Below, one piece after another: positions 23,228 to 34,865 of a stretch of 64,000 bases of DNA. Under the pieces are notes generated by a model. That model was given only the letters and a program-made list of their open reading frames with translations. It was not told where the DNA came from and did not search any database. Source of the stretch: Camelus ferus (taxonomy: Eukaryota); assembly GCF_009834535.1 (NCBI RefSeq), contig NC_045697.1, forward strand, positions 17,052,001 to 17,116,000, given 5' to 3'. The translations under genes and the position numbers were made by a program. Position 1 is the stretch's first letter. The number at the start of each line of letters is the position of its first letter.

Positions 23228-25734
23228 CAACAAGACCAGAAGGAAGACTACCAACCAAAAGGAGAGATGTCAAGAGTACAGATAGAGACTTCATATAACC
23301 TACAGACATTTAGCAAGTGACACCTGTCATAAAAATTATGATGTGAAATTAGCAAAAGGTAACTTGAAAGTGATGTTCAAAATGTCCACCCTTGACCTCT
23401 CTACACAGTAGATCTGCACCCACATGTCTTGACTCTACGCTTCCAACCTGGATAAGAACTACCAGGGCTCTTCTTCACAGAAACGTCATCAGTGTGTGGC
23501 ACAGTTTTTGCTCTAAACACAGTCCCCATGTAGAAAACACTGATGTCAGAGTCAGGATATTTGGGACTCCTGCCGCACGTCATATTAAAAAGTCCGTTGC
23601 TACGGTTAAGAAACCATGCATTTTCGGTGTAAAGTAACCCATGTTCAATAAGAGCAACATATAGCTGAACATCAGAAACTTTTGACAATTGGAGATTTAA
23701 AGCAGGTCTGGGGGGCATGAAATCTTGAATGATTAAAACTCAAGCTTTCCAAGAGGCAAGGCCAAGTTCAGCCAAGTCTCTCTCTTGGCTCAGGGCAACT
23801 CCAGCTCCATTCTTTGGGCTCAGGGCAATAACGTTTCCGTACTGGAGTCAAAACTTGGAGGTCAATTGCAGTAAACTACCTGGGTCCTTTATGCCTGAAC
23901 TCATCCCCTGGTAAAGATGTAGAAATTTTATTTAAAAAAGACAGACGGCTATTTGGCCAAGTGAAAAAGCCAAGTTAAGATACCACAGGAGGTATAAGCA
24001 AATCACAAAACCATAAGAATAGGAATAAATATCTGGGCCAGACCGCTTTCCCCTAATTAAGAAGTCCACAATTTTGTGTGGAAAAAAAAAATATATATAT
24101 ATATATACACAATACACATGACTCTAAGTCACATGAAAGAAAAATTAGGCTACCAAAGTGTATGTGCAATATTACTTCAAATCTTTTATTTGAACATTTC
24201 TATAGGCAAAAGCCTGAGAACAGATTAAAAACTGCTAACAGTAGTTGCAATGAGGTGACAGAAATTTATGTAACTTTTAAATATTTTCTTTTGACTTTTA
24301 AAAAATGTTTCTGCATTTTTCACATACTTTCATAAAGCAGGGGGGAGGGAAGGAGGTGATGGGGGAGGGGGGAGAACACTGAAACCTCCCGTCTCTCAGT
24401 TGTTTACCTCCTTTGAATCTCAACGGCCTTTCCTAGACACAGTGGGTAGAAAGAGGCTGGTTACTCTTGCTTTCACTTTTTTTTTCTAATATTTTGCTGT
24501 GGCTAGGCAATTACATATAATTTAACATAAAATCAGCTTTTGAGTGATACCAGACAAGGCAAAATGGAAGCTTCTATTCACTCATTCCATTAATACCTAA
24601 AGAGAGGTTACTCAATGAAGTTGAGAGGCAATACGTTTTTTGAATACATGCTTTTTGAACGAAAAAAAAAAAAACATTCCAATTGCATATCTCATTTAGG
24701 TTAAACGACAAAAGCCACACAAGTACTTACAGACACATCTCTCTAACACACTCCCCAGACCCATACAAACACAAAACACAAGCCTATACTGCTAATTCTG
24801 CTTTTACAAAGCATATTCCGAAAATTACAGGTTTGAGGTGCTGAAAACTTGAAGAACAGACAACATCAGTGAGTCAGAAAATGGTGGAAATTTTTCCTTT
24901 TTTAATGTTAAGATACAGATCATCAACAGTTATTTACTGAAAAGAAACTTGTTCATTTTTAAACAAGACAGAAATTAAAACTGATGTAGCTCCTGTGTTT
25001 GTTTGAGTAATGACACAACCAGGCATTAGTTTAAATCAGCTATTGCTGCTGTAATCAATTTTCTCCCAAATTTACCATATCATTGTTATGCCTGGTTTAT
25101 TGATGATTTTTGATGTATTCCCAATAAAAAAAATGTTTTTCAACCTCGTAAGTTTTTTTTTTTTTTTGCAAAGCCACAAAAGAGTTCTAATTTTTCTACA
25201 ACTAGCCAGAGGAAACAAAGAATAAATCAAAACCTGAAACCAGATAAGCAAACTTGCATTATGAAATGGAATTTCTGGAAAATATCGTTGACAGCAAACA
25301 TCTCGGTCAATTCCAAGGGAACGGTTAGACAATTCCGATGATTAAGTTTCTGCATTTCCATTGACTAGATAAAATTATGAAGAGTTCCTTCTTCTTAAAC
25401 TTCAGGTCATAAGAAAAGTTTGAGCTGCCTTCCTTCTTTTCCTTCCATGATTGAGCCAAATATATTCACTCACACTGAGCTGTACACAGTGAAGCAGGCA
25501 GGAGAATTTCTGGGAGTGCTGGGTATTAAGCAGACCAGCAAAGAGAATGGTCACACATGTTGGATGGCTTACAAGGAAGAATGCACACATTCATAGATTC
25601 ACAGCAAACAACTATTGACCACCTATTATAAGCCAGGCTGAATGAAGATCAGGTGATAAGTAAGACAGATCTTGTCCCTATTTCATGGAATGTCTAGTCA
25701 AACTCACCAAACTCAGAAACATTGGATCATTCAT

Positions 25735-26010
25735 TGAGTGCTTACTATATGCCAGGCAAGAGTCCAAGCATTTTACACAATCATCGTCATAATCAAAATA
25801 ACAGCTACTATGTTTATTAAGAGCCAGTAATCATTACTGTGCTAAATACTGTAGCCCTATGATACAAGTGTTCCCCTCCCTTATTCGTCTTACCATGATG
25901 AGGAAAGACGGGCTTAGGGAGGTCAAGGGAATTGTTCAAGACCATAGATACTAATAGCAGAAGACAGATTTGAACACAGGTCTACCTGATTCTGCCCCAC
26001 GCTGGACCAC
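25735..26010 (-). mobile_element. MIR SINE(s)
   Basis: cattgagtgcttactatatgccaggca ... gatgaggaaagacgggcttagggaggtcaag ... gatttgaacacaggtct. Confidence 0.75.
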
Positions 26011-26311
26011 TATGGTCTTCCACACTGGGCTTTGTCAAAGTCCATTGGCAGTGAAGCGCAAGACTGTTAAAATTAGATGTGATATGCATGGAGACAGGAG
26101 CCATCCCGAGGCTGACAGCGTCACTGAACAGCTGGACCTCCGTTCTGGCTGGCCAGTCTCAGGAGCTGCTGGATACAGGCTGGAACCGAGCCTGAGGGTC
26201 CTCCGGATGAACTTCAATGGGCAAGAAAAAGTTTCTTCCAAACTGGGCTGCCTGACGCCTTCGTCTTGGGCATTAGCAAGGAAGAGAACATTCCTACTGA
26301 TCACCCTAAAA

Positions 26312-26534
26312 TGGTGGTTCTCAACTGGGGATGAGTTTGCTCCCCCACCCCCAACAGGAGACATCTGGCAGTGCCTGGAGACATTTTTCTCTGTGACTTG
26401 GTAAGGGTATGCTACTGGCATCTGGTGCTTAAAGGCCAGGGATGCCCCTGTAAACATCCTACAATGCAGAGCCCCTCACAACAAAGAGTTCTCTGGTCCA
26501 AAATGTCAATACTGTTCACTGTTGAGAATCCCTG
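26312..26534 (+). mobile_element. MER20 (hAT-Charlie) DNA transposon, full length
   Basis: TIR-like ends tggtggttctcaac / gttgagaatccctg; internal ggagacatttt, atgctactggcatc, aaacatcctacaatgca; 8-bp TSD ccctaaaa / ccttaaaa. Confidence 0.9.
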
Positions 26535-26849
26535 CCTTAAAATAGCCCTATGCTGCCTAGTGGATTTTTCTAAGAGAATGAGCCATAGAATGAACTTTAT
26601 GCTTCTAAATTGCCAAGAAAGAAGCATAGCCTACCTAGATGGTAGTCTCCAAAGTGAAGAGCAGGAAGAAAATGGTATGTCTTCTGTTCATCTGCCTGCC
26701 CCTTGATGTTTCCATTTCTTGTGTATGTTTTGTGATCCTAAAGTAGTAGCACACTAGTGCATGCAAGTAATTTGTGTATGAACAAGTACACATTAACCGA
26801 AGGCAAACGCTCAGAACAGTAAAAATACGTAAGTTGGAAATGTAGAGAA

Positions 26850-27250
26850 AGAGCTATAGATTTGGAATTAAGGAGATCTGGGATCCAATTCCCAACTCAG
26901 CCTCTAAATATTAAATGTATGACCTTGGTTTAAGTGTCTGTAAAATAGGAATAAGAATAGTCAGCCCCCCAGGACTGTGTGGTGAATTAAATTCAAATGC
27001 GTATTAAACACCTAAGCACATGGTAGCTACTCACTGAATATTCATGGCCTTTACCCTCTTCCCTTTCCCCTCTGTTTTAGGCGTAAGGGCCTGGGACAGG
27101 TCACAAATTCTCTGTCCTGACTGTCTTCATCTATAATCGAATGATGAATATTCCATCTACTTTACAGAGTTGGAATGAAGGATTAAATTAGAAAATGGAT
27201 ATTAAAGTGCTACCAAAAATACAAAGGAATTATAAATACAAAGTTGTTTT
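26850..27250 (+). mobile_element. Two MIR fragments
   Basis: gatctgggatccaattcccaactcagcc...tgaccttgg; ctgggacaggtcacaaattctctg...tcttcatctataa. Confidence 0.6.
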
Positions 27251-28151
27251 CCAAAATTGTGACTGTACAACCTTTTATCAAAGGTATTCCTGATAATTAC
27301 TCCTTTGCCCATTTTGGAAACTCAGAGGTCAACATTCAAAAAGGAAAGGGCTTGATTCTAATGACGCCATGTGGCTTTTTATTTTCTGCTTACCCTATTT
27401 CACCATCTTAGCTGAGAAAGTGCTTAAATATTGCAAAATCAGGAATTTCAACAGTGGTATAGCCAGTTCATCAGCATGGTGTTCGTTGGGTTTTTTTTTT
27501 TTTTTTTTTTCTTTTCCTGGAGGTAATTGATTCACAGGCCGTGAAAGCACATTGCATCACAGACTAACCACGCAGAGGGGCCCAGACACTGTGTGCCTCC
27601 CGGACGGTGCTGACGTCAAACTGCAGGGCACATGGCCCTGTGCATGCCCAGATCAGCACAATTCTCCCACGCTTACGGCCAGGGATTCATGCTTGATCAT
27701 CTACAATTCCAAGTGCGTATTTCTAAACTTTTGAAAGTGAAGTGTGTTCATGCAAGCACTCTTCACAAAGGTCAAAAGCAGGCGGGGGGCATGGCACCCT
27801 CCTTGGAGGGCCCACACTCTTGTAACTTCTCCCAGTGGGAGCCTTGGAGATCTGGGGAACTCAGCCCCAACCTGGGTGTCTCTGGCATTTTCTGATTTTC
27901 TCCTCTCACGCTCCCTAATAGAGTTAATAACAGTAATAGCACACCATTTTAAAGCACTTTTGATTTTTAAAAACTGTAATGAATATTATCTCCTTGATTC
28001 TTTGAATTGCAACTGCTTATTTACTTCCTTAGATCAGCCACCAGACACTGAACTCCTGAGAGCACGTCCTGTGACTTGCTCATGTCTTGGTATCCCCAGC
28101 GCCCCTCTAGCACGTGCACGGCTCATAGTAGGTGCTCACTCTCCATTCTTT

Positions 28152-28287
28152 TTTATTTATTTTTTTTGGAGGGGGAGAGGCAATTAGGTTTATTTATTTA
28201 TTTTTAGAGGAGATACTAGGGATCGAAACCCAGGACCTCATGCACGCTAAGCATGCGCTCTGCCACTTGAGCTACACCCTCCCTGTT
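28152..28287 (-). mobile_element. tRNA-derived SINE, camelid vic-1 type
   Basis: Reverse complement resembles the 2133 copy (gggagggtgtagctcaagtggcagagcgcatgcttagcgtgcatgaggtcctggg); perfect 14-bp TSD actctccattcttt at 28138-28151 and 28288-28301. Confidence 0.9.
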
Positions 28288-28729
28288 ACTCTCCATTCTT
28301 TCAAAGCATAATTAGATGAATACATATTCTCATCCTCACCTTCACCATGAGAAACCTGAAACTCACAGACCTTAAGTCATGTGCCCAAAAACATGCTTTT
28401 ATGTTACAGAGACAATCCTAAACCCAAGTCTTCTGATCTCCATTTCACCAGAGACTCCAATATAGAAGGTAATTCCTACCTAAGGGAGGTAAATAGAAAG
28501 AAATCTGGATGTTGAACGAGCTGCCAGGATCCAAGAGGGGGCAAACAGAATCATCTTACTCACTGATGCCAATTCTCTCCCCGTGTGCCAGACATGCACT
28601 TTGTCCTAGGGAGAGAGGGGTACATGTCCCTGTAGCATGCGTGGCTGGCATGTCTAGGAAAAGGTGAGTGGGACCCTAACACCCCACCTTGGTCCAGGGT
28701 CTGATACCCTGTTAGCCAGATCTCAAGCT

Positions 28730-28950
28730 CTGGAGTGATAGGGGCTGAGACTGAATTCAGGCACAGCCCCTTATACATGGTATCACCTTGGGCACTCTTT
28801 GCCTCTCTGCATCCTCATCTGTAAAGTAGGGGAAATCATACAACATACTTCATAGGGGTATTGTAAGGATTAAATGAGCTCATACATTTTTTAAAAATGC
28901 TTAATACAGTGCCAGACAGCTGCTCATAGGATGATAAGAGTCAGCTACTG
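28730..28950 (+). mobile_element. MIR SINE
   Basis: cctcatctgtaaagtagggg...tcataggggtattgtaaggattaaatgag. Confidence 0.8.
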
Positions 28951-28959
28951 TCACTCTTG

Positions 28960-29290
28960 CACTGGCATATTCTACCTCTGTGATGCTCTCTCCTACTGTT
29001 TCCATCACCCATGCCATCCGGCACCTTAGCACCACTCATCTGCATTGTTCCAAAGTCTTCCTAACTAGACTGCCTGCCTACGGCCCCACCTTTCCCTGAA
29101 ACATCTTCTTTCTAAACTCTTTCTGAAAAATCTCCTCTGATCATGAGACTCACTTGCGTGAACTCCTGTGGCTTCCTCACAGCCTACAGGATGCTGTGCA
29201 GATTCCTTCATCTGACTGTCAAGATCTTTCCCAATCTGACTCCAACCTTCCGGTCAAGCCACATCTTCCATGCCTTTCCCATAGTCTTTG
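28960..29290 (+). mobile_element. L2 fragment
   Basis: tcttcctaactagactgcctgcct ... tctgatcatgagactcacttgc ... gtggcttcctcacagcctacagga. Confidence 0.7.
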
Positions 29291-29459
29291 TTTCCTTGAT
29301 CCCTGAGCATAACCAATGTAAAATCAAGAATGTGCATTGTTTGACGATCCAGGCACCTTTGATACCTGCATGGAACTATAAAAAATAATCTAGGTAATTT
29401 TAATTACATTCATTGAATTAACTTCATAAAATAACCGAATACTGAGGAATGTCACAATT

Positions 29460-29700
29460 AAGAGGCTGGATTTGGTGGCAGGCAGATGAGAGATTCAATC
29501 GCAACTCTGGCACTTTTTAGCTCTGTGACCTTGAACCAGTTACCTAACCTCTCTGAAACCTACCTATTTCTTCTTTGGTGAAATACAGCTATTGTATGTT
29601 CTATAGAATATTGCGAGAATTACATGGAATGATGCATTCAAAGCAGTCCTCACACTGCCTGGTACAGGGTACTCTCACAAAAAATGGCAGCTAAAACAAA
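29460..29700 (+). mobile_element. MIR SINE
   Basis: tagctctgtgaccttgaaccagttacctaacctctctgaa. Confidence 0.8.
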
Positions 29701-30439
29701 AAGTTTCTAGTGTACATCAACAGTAAAAAAGGCTTCTGGTGATAATTGGGCAACTTGTTGGGAATCCTGGAGCCTACTTGCATATTGAACTAAGCCCCCT
29801 AATGTGTAAGCCCCCAGCGAGAACTACAAGGCCTGCTTCTAGAAAAGCCAGTGAACATATGCTCTGAGACAGCTTTAAATAAGCACAAAGCACTCAGTGG
29901 CCCACACACAGTCTCCTAGCCCGTTCTCACCCACGGAGAGCAGAGAAAACACTGGTCACCATCCTTTCCTTTTCTCTTAGCAGGCCTGACCATGGACTTG
30001 GGCAAGTAAGAGCATGGTCATTCCAGGTTTATTGTGATGGCCTGGGCAGAGCCTCTCCAGGCCAACAGTGATTCAAAGGTGACAGCAACTGAAGGTAGAG
30101 GCCTTGCTGGTGGCCCACTGCTAGCCTGACCTGGAGCAAAGATCTGCCCGTGGTCCCCAAAAGGCTCCACATCACACTGGCTGAGCTACAGGCTCTTCTC
30201 CACGGCTCAACGGTCTTCAGCTGACCAGAGCACGAATGCACATTTGACTTGAACTCCCATGACCTATTGCATATATAACCTTGTCTACATAACGGTTATG
30301 TAACTCCAGCCTACTTAAGAAGGACAACTCCTGATGCATAGATGTACAGATTTTGCAGCCTTTCTCCCGAGAACTGGAAGCTGAAAAATGATCCTTTTTT
30401 ATCAAGTAGCTCGATAAAATATGATGCTAACTAGACATG

Positions 30440-30460
30440 AGTGTGTGTGTGTGTGTGTGT
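30440..30460. repeat. (GT)n microsatellite
   Basis: agtgtgtgtgtgtgtgtgtgt. Confidence 0.95.
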
Positions 30461-33400
30461 CTGCACACTCGCACGTGTGCGTGCCTGAGTATGTGTGTTT
30501 GACACAGAAAGAGAAAGAAAAAGGCAGAGAGTCTTCCGCACCCAAAAATTCTTCATTGATTATATAACATGGCATGTTGGTTCAGGTAATTTAGGAAATA
30601 GAAATTATATGTTTGTACGGAATAACCTACACTTAAAAATATCTGGCATGGTAGAAGGAACACTGACGAAGAGTTTAAAAACTTGCTTCGTGCAGCCTTA
30701 ATAATGGGGCTAATTCAGAATTGCAGAGTTGGAGAGTTATGGGACTCAACGTAAAATGTCCCAGTTCACTGAGCACTGGAGCGATGAAGAAAACACACAT
30801 AAAAATTCCGATAAGAACGGAATGTGAGGCAAAAAGCACAATTTCCTCCCAATCTGGAATATCAGCAGGATTTGCGCTTGTTGTGGTGGTTTTCTGGGGT
30901 AGACGGTACATTACGGTGGAGCGTCAGCAGTAATGCTACATGGCAGCTCCTCAGAATACCATCTGCTTCCCCGGGAACTGTTAATATACTTGTAATTATC
31001 TACTTCTAAGCACTTTATTGGGAATATCATTTGCAAATTAATCAACTACAGACCGGTAAAACAAATGACATGCTTCCTTGAAAACAACAGCATTCTTTCA
31101 CATTATTTTCCAAAGGATTTAGGAAAGCCAAAGAGGGTGGAGGGGTTTTACTAAAACACGCCTTGACAACCTTGCCCAGTGTATACAAGTGGGGCAGAAA
31201 GAATTACAGCATCGAGTGTTCGAGAAAGGCCTTTGGAGGATTTGGACCATGGAGAAGGGGAGGAGAGCATATGAACCTAAGAGGTGGGTAATGTTACCCT
31301 GTGAGATGGACTCCAACTGACAGCTACACAATGGTGAAGACAGGGGTTTCCAGACTCTCCTGCAATCCTCCCTTGGCTAGATGGTGCCGCCTTCTCCGTC
31401 TTACCCTCCGAACATTCCAGCTGTCTGTAGCGTGTGATGGCCCCTCCAGCAGAGGCCACTTGGGTCCATCTGCCGCAGGACAAGCAGCAGGGGTGCTAAG
31501 GGGAGACAGCCTCGGCCCTGGAACGCTCATCCTTAATTCTCCTGCCATAGTTGAAATGCTCTCCCCAAAACAGGTAAAGCTTTGAAAGCAGAAAAGCAAA
31601 CCATTTCCCTGAGAGCAAAGAGGGGGAAAGGCAAAGTATCTAAACGGCAGAAATTACCCAGGGGAGTCAGGCGACTCGGAATCCAGACACACTCCAGGTA
31701 GGCTGCCCCTTACTCTTGGTAAGCAGCATCCTTGAATGGCTCTGAGCCAGGGGTCTTCAAGTCTGTGGCTTCAACCCAGAGGTCCAGAGGAGGAAAAGAA
31801 TGCCCATCACTATGATAGAGAACTCTAAGTGCACCTGCTGGGGGCACCGAATCTCAGAGCAGAAGAAGGAAATACTCACTGCCCTGCTCCTCCTCCCCAG
31901 AGACGCTGAGTGTAGTCTGGGGAGAGAGCGGGCCTGTCTCCCCATTATATGCCCAGGCTATCAATGAACACATGGCTTCAGCCCCTCCTGTGATTTCCCC
32001 ACTACCTTGTCAGCTCCCATGTCACACAGAGAGTCAGAGCCACACCCAGAGAGAACGGCTTGTCCGCACTGCCATGGGACGTGGAGGATGCTGGTATCTG
32101 GTCAGTTTAGGAAGACCCAAGCTGAATTCTACGGATCGAAATAATGGTGTGTGGGCCTCATTAAATGATTTCTACAAGAATGTACTAGGGTCCTTCTTGA
32201 GAGAGAGAGGAAAAAAAAAGTGCTTAGAATCAGACAATCCTGGTAGTGAATATTGCCTTTGCTAATGACCTTCATCTCATCATCTTTTGAATTTACTTTT
32301 TTATCAAGGGGGGTTTAATATCTTCTTAAAGGAGTTTATGTGCAATTTTAAAAATAATGCTGTACTTACTATGGAAGAAAAAGGAGACAAAAATGAAGAG
32401 TTTTCAAAGAAACTTAGCAAGGTTTGTCAGGGAAGAGGTGGGAGGGAAAATGAAATAACATTGTGTGAACATCCAGGGTTCTCCTCACTCCTGTGGGTCC
32501 AGAGGGAGTGGCCAAGACGGCCATAGTAGGGAAGTGCCCACGTGGGGTTAATGTAAGAAACATGCATTGAGCATTTACCGTACGAAGCAGATCAGACTGT
32601 CACACACTGGATATCTTTGTGAGAAACTGCTTTCCTACAGAAAGGACAAAGCCCACGTCGCATTTGTTCTCGTAGCCCACCCCAGGCTGCACAGAGTGAG
32701 ATAAACGAAATGTCACAGGCATGGGGCTAGGTGCAGTGGAGAATGCAACTCAATCAACTTTTTCCAGCTCCTGTTACAATGTGTGTGCAGACCTCTGAGG
32801 CACGTAGTTTCACCCAGTGTATCTCAGGTGGGTATCATTTATCCAGTCTGACCAGACCTCTCTACTGTGTGAAGGCACCTCACACCAAAGGCCTATCGTT
32901 TTGCTGCTGACTTCCCAGAAGATGGTACCTCATGGAGCTGACTTACTCAAAATCAGCTCTTTTGATTTTTCTGAGGAGATAATGAGGTTCTTCAATAATT
33001 GAAAAAAATCCACTGAGAATTTTTTTGCCCTTCAGTGTTTTGTTTTGTGTTGTTTTTTCTGGCCCAAATTGTTTCTTCCATGAAACATAAAAACAAAAAA
33101 ATCACAGACCCTGGCCTCTTTTTACTCAAATGTTCAAGTGGATTTAAAGGGACAATTTCCAGAATCTACAAACAAAACTTACTACCAGAAAAAGGGTAGG
33201 AAGAAAATCTTACCCAGGAAGTGATTAAGTGAGGAGCGCCCCTTGCATTTTCTGATCATCCAAGATTCTCCCCAACTGAGAGAGCTCACCAGGCATCAAG
33301 ACCTGGTTTCGAGCCTGGGACCCTGAGCACATTATTTGTGCCTACCCCTCATCTTAAAACAGAACTAAGTAATATATCTACCTCTGTCGTAAAGACTGCA

Positions 33401-33689
33401 TAAGAGGTAGCATGTGCAACGTGCCCAACACATAGCAGGTCCTCTATATTACATCTCCATCCCACAGAGTCCGGGGCAGCCCTCGGCCGACTCTGGAATG
33501 GAGGTAATGTGTGGATGCCTGCGTGTGATGTGCTGAAGCAGGGAGAAGCATCAGTGAAGAACTTTTTTGTCCCCTCGGTATTTTCTTCCAGAATCTCAAG
33601 CAAAACTTCAACTGGCATGTGGCACATCTGTCTTCATAAGAAACAGTAGATAATTAAATTGAGTCAAGAACTGTAACGCCGCCTTAACT

Positions 33690-33990
33690 ACCAGAGAGAC
33701 AAGGGTAGTATTAACAGTTTGTTGAGAAAATGTAGAGATCTAACTTCCATTCTTGATCCTAGGGTCCTCTCTAGACCATTCCACACCTTCACAGAAGTGG
33801 CCACGGGGACACTAGAGTGCAGGGAGCTGGTGATACGTAGGTAGAGGCTGCTGTCACTGTTCAAGTGTGAGGATGTGAGCAATGGAGGGTGTTGGATGAT
33901 ACCATGGGGACAAGAAAAGGGACTAATAGAAGAGAACAGGGAAAGACAGACCCAACAGAGCTTGGCAACTGATTTGAAATGGCAAGGAAT
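33690..33990 (-). mobile_element. L2 fragment
   Basis: acagtttgttgagaaaatg ... gaggctgctg...tcaagtgtgaggatg ... cagagcttggcaactgattt. Confidence 0.5.
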
Positions 33991-34338
33991 CTTCTTCCCA
34001 TTTTTAGCTAACATGTGCTCTTCTAATGTTTTTACAAGAAATGTGTAACGTTTGTATAAAGACAAGTTTTTTAAAAATTGTTAAAGTCAATGACATACTC
34101 AAAAAAGGAAAGCATTCGTGACTACTCTAAGGCCTTAATCTTGAGTGACTGGGAGAAAGTGCTGGTGCCACTGATACAAACATGGACAATCAACAGAAAC
34201 AAGTTTTCCAGTGTATAGATGGGAGAATGATAAATGATAAATTTATCCAGAGACATCTTGAATCTAAAATGTTGGGAGGGCACACAGAAGCAACTGACAT
34301 ACAGCAAATGTCCAAGAAATGCTTTTCTAAAGAATAAA

Positions 34339-34381
34339 AACCTAAATGTCCATCGACAGATGATTGGATAAAGAAGTTGTG

Positions 34382-34413
<32 letters not shown>

Positions 34414-34865
34414 GAATACTACTCAGCCATAAAAAGAATGAAATAATGCCATTTGCAGCCACATGGATGGACCTAGAGGTTATCATATTAAGTGAAATGA
34501 GTCAGAGAAAGACAAATATCACATGATATCATTTATATGTGGAACCTTAAAAAATGACACAAATGAATTTATTTACAAAATAGCAACAGACTCACAGATA
34601 TAGAAAACAAATTTATGGTTACCAAAAGGAAAGGGGGAAGAAGGGATATACTGGGAGTTTGGGATTAGCAGATACAAACTACCATATACAGAATAGATAA
34701 ACAAGGTCCTAATGTATAGCACAGGGAGCTATATTCAATAACTTATAGTGACCTATAATGAAAAAGAATATATATATATATATTCAACTATATATATATA
34801 GTTGAATCATTATGCTGTACACCAGAGACTAACACAACATTGTAAATCAACTATGCTTCAGTCAA
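34339..34865 (+). mobile_element. 5'-truncated artiodactyl-type L1 (ORF2 end plus 3' UTR)
   Basis: aacctaaatgtccatcgacagatgattggataaagaag...atggaatactactcagccataaaaag...tgctgtacaccagagactaacacaacattgtaaatcaac. Confidence 0.92.
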
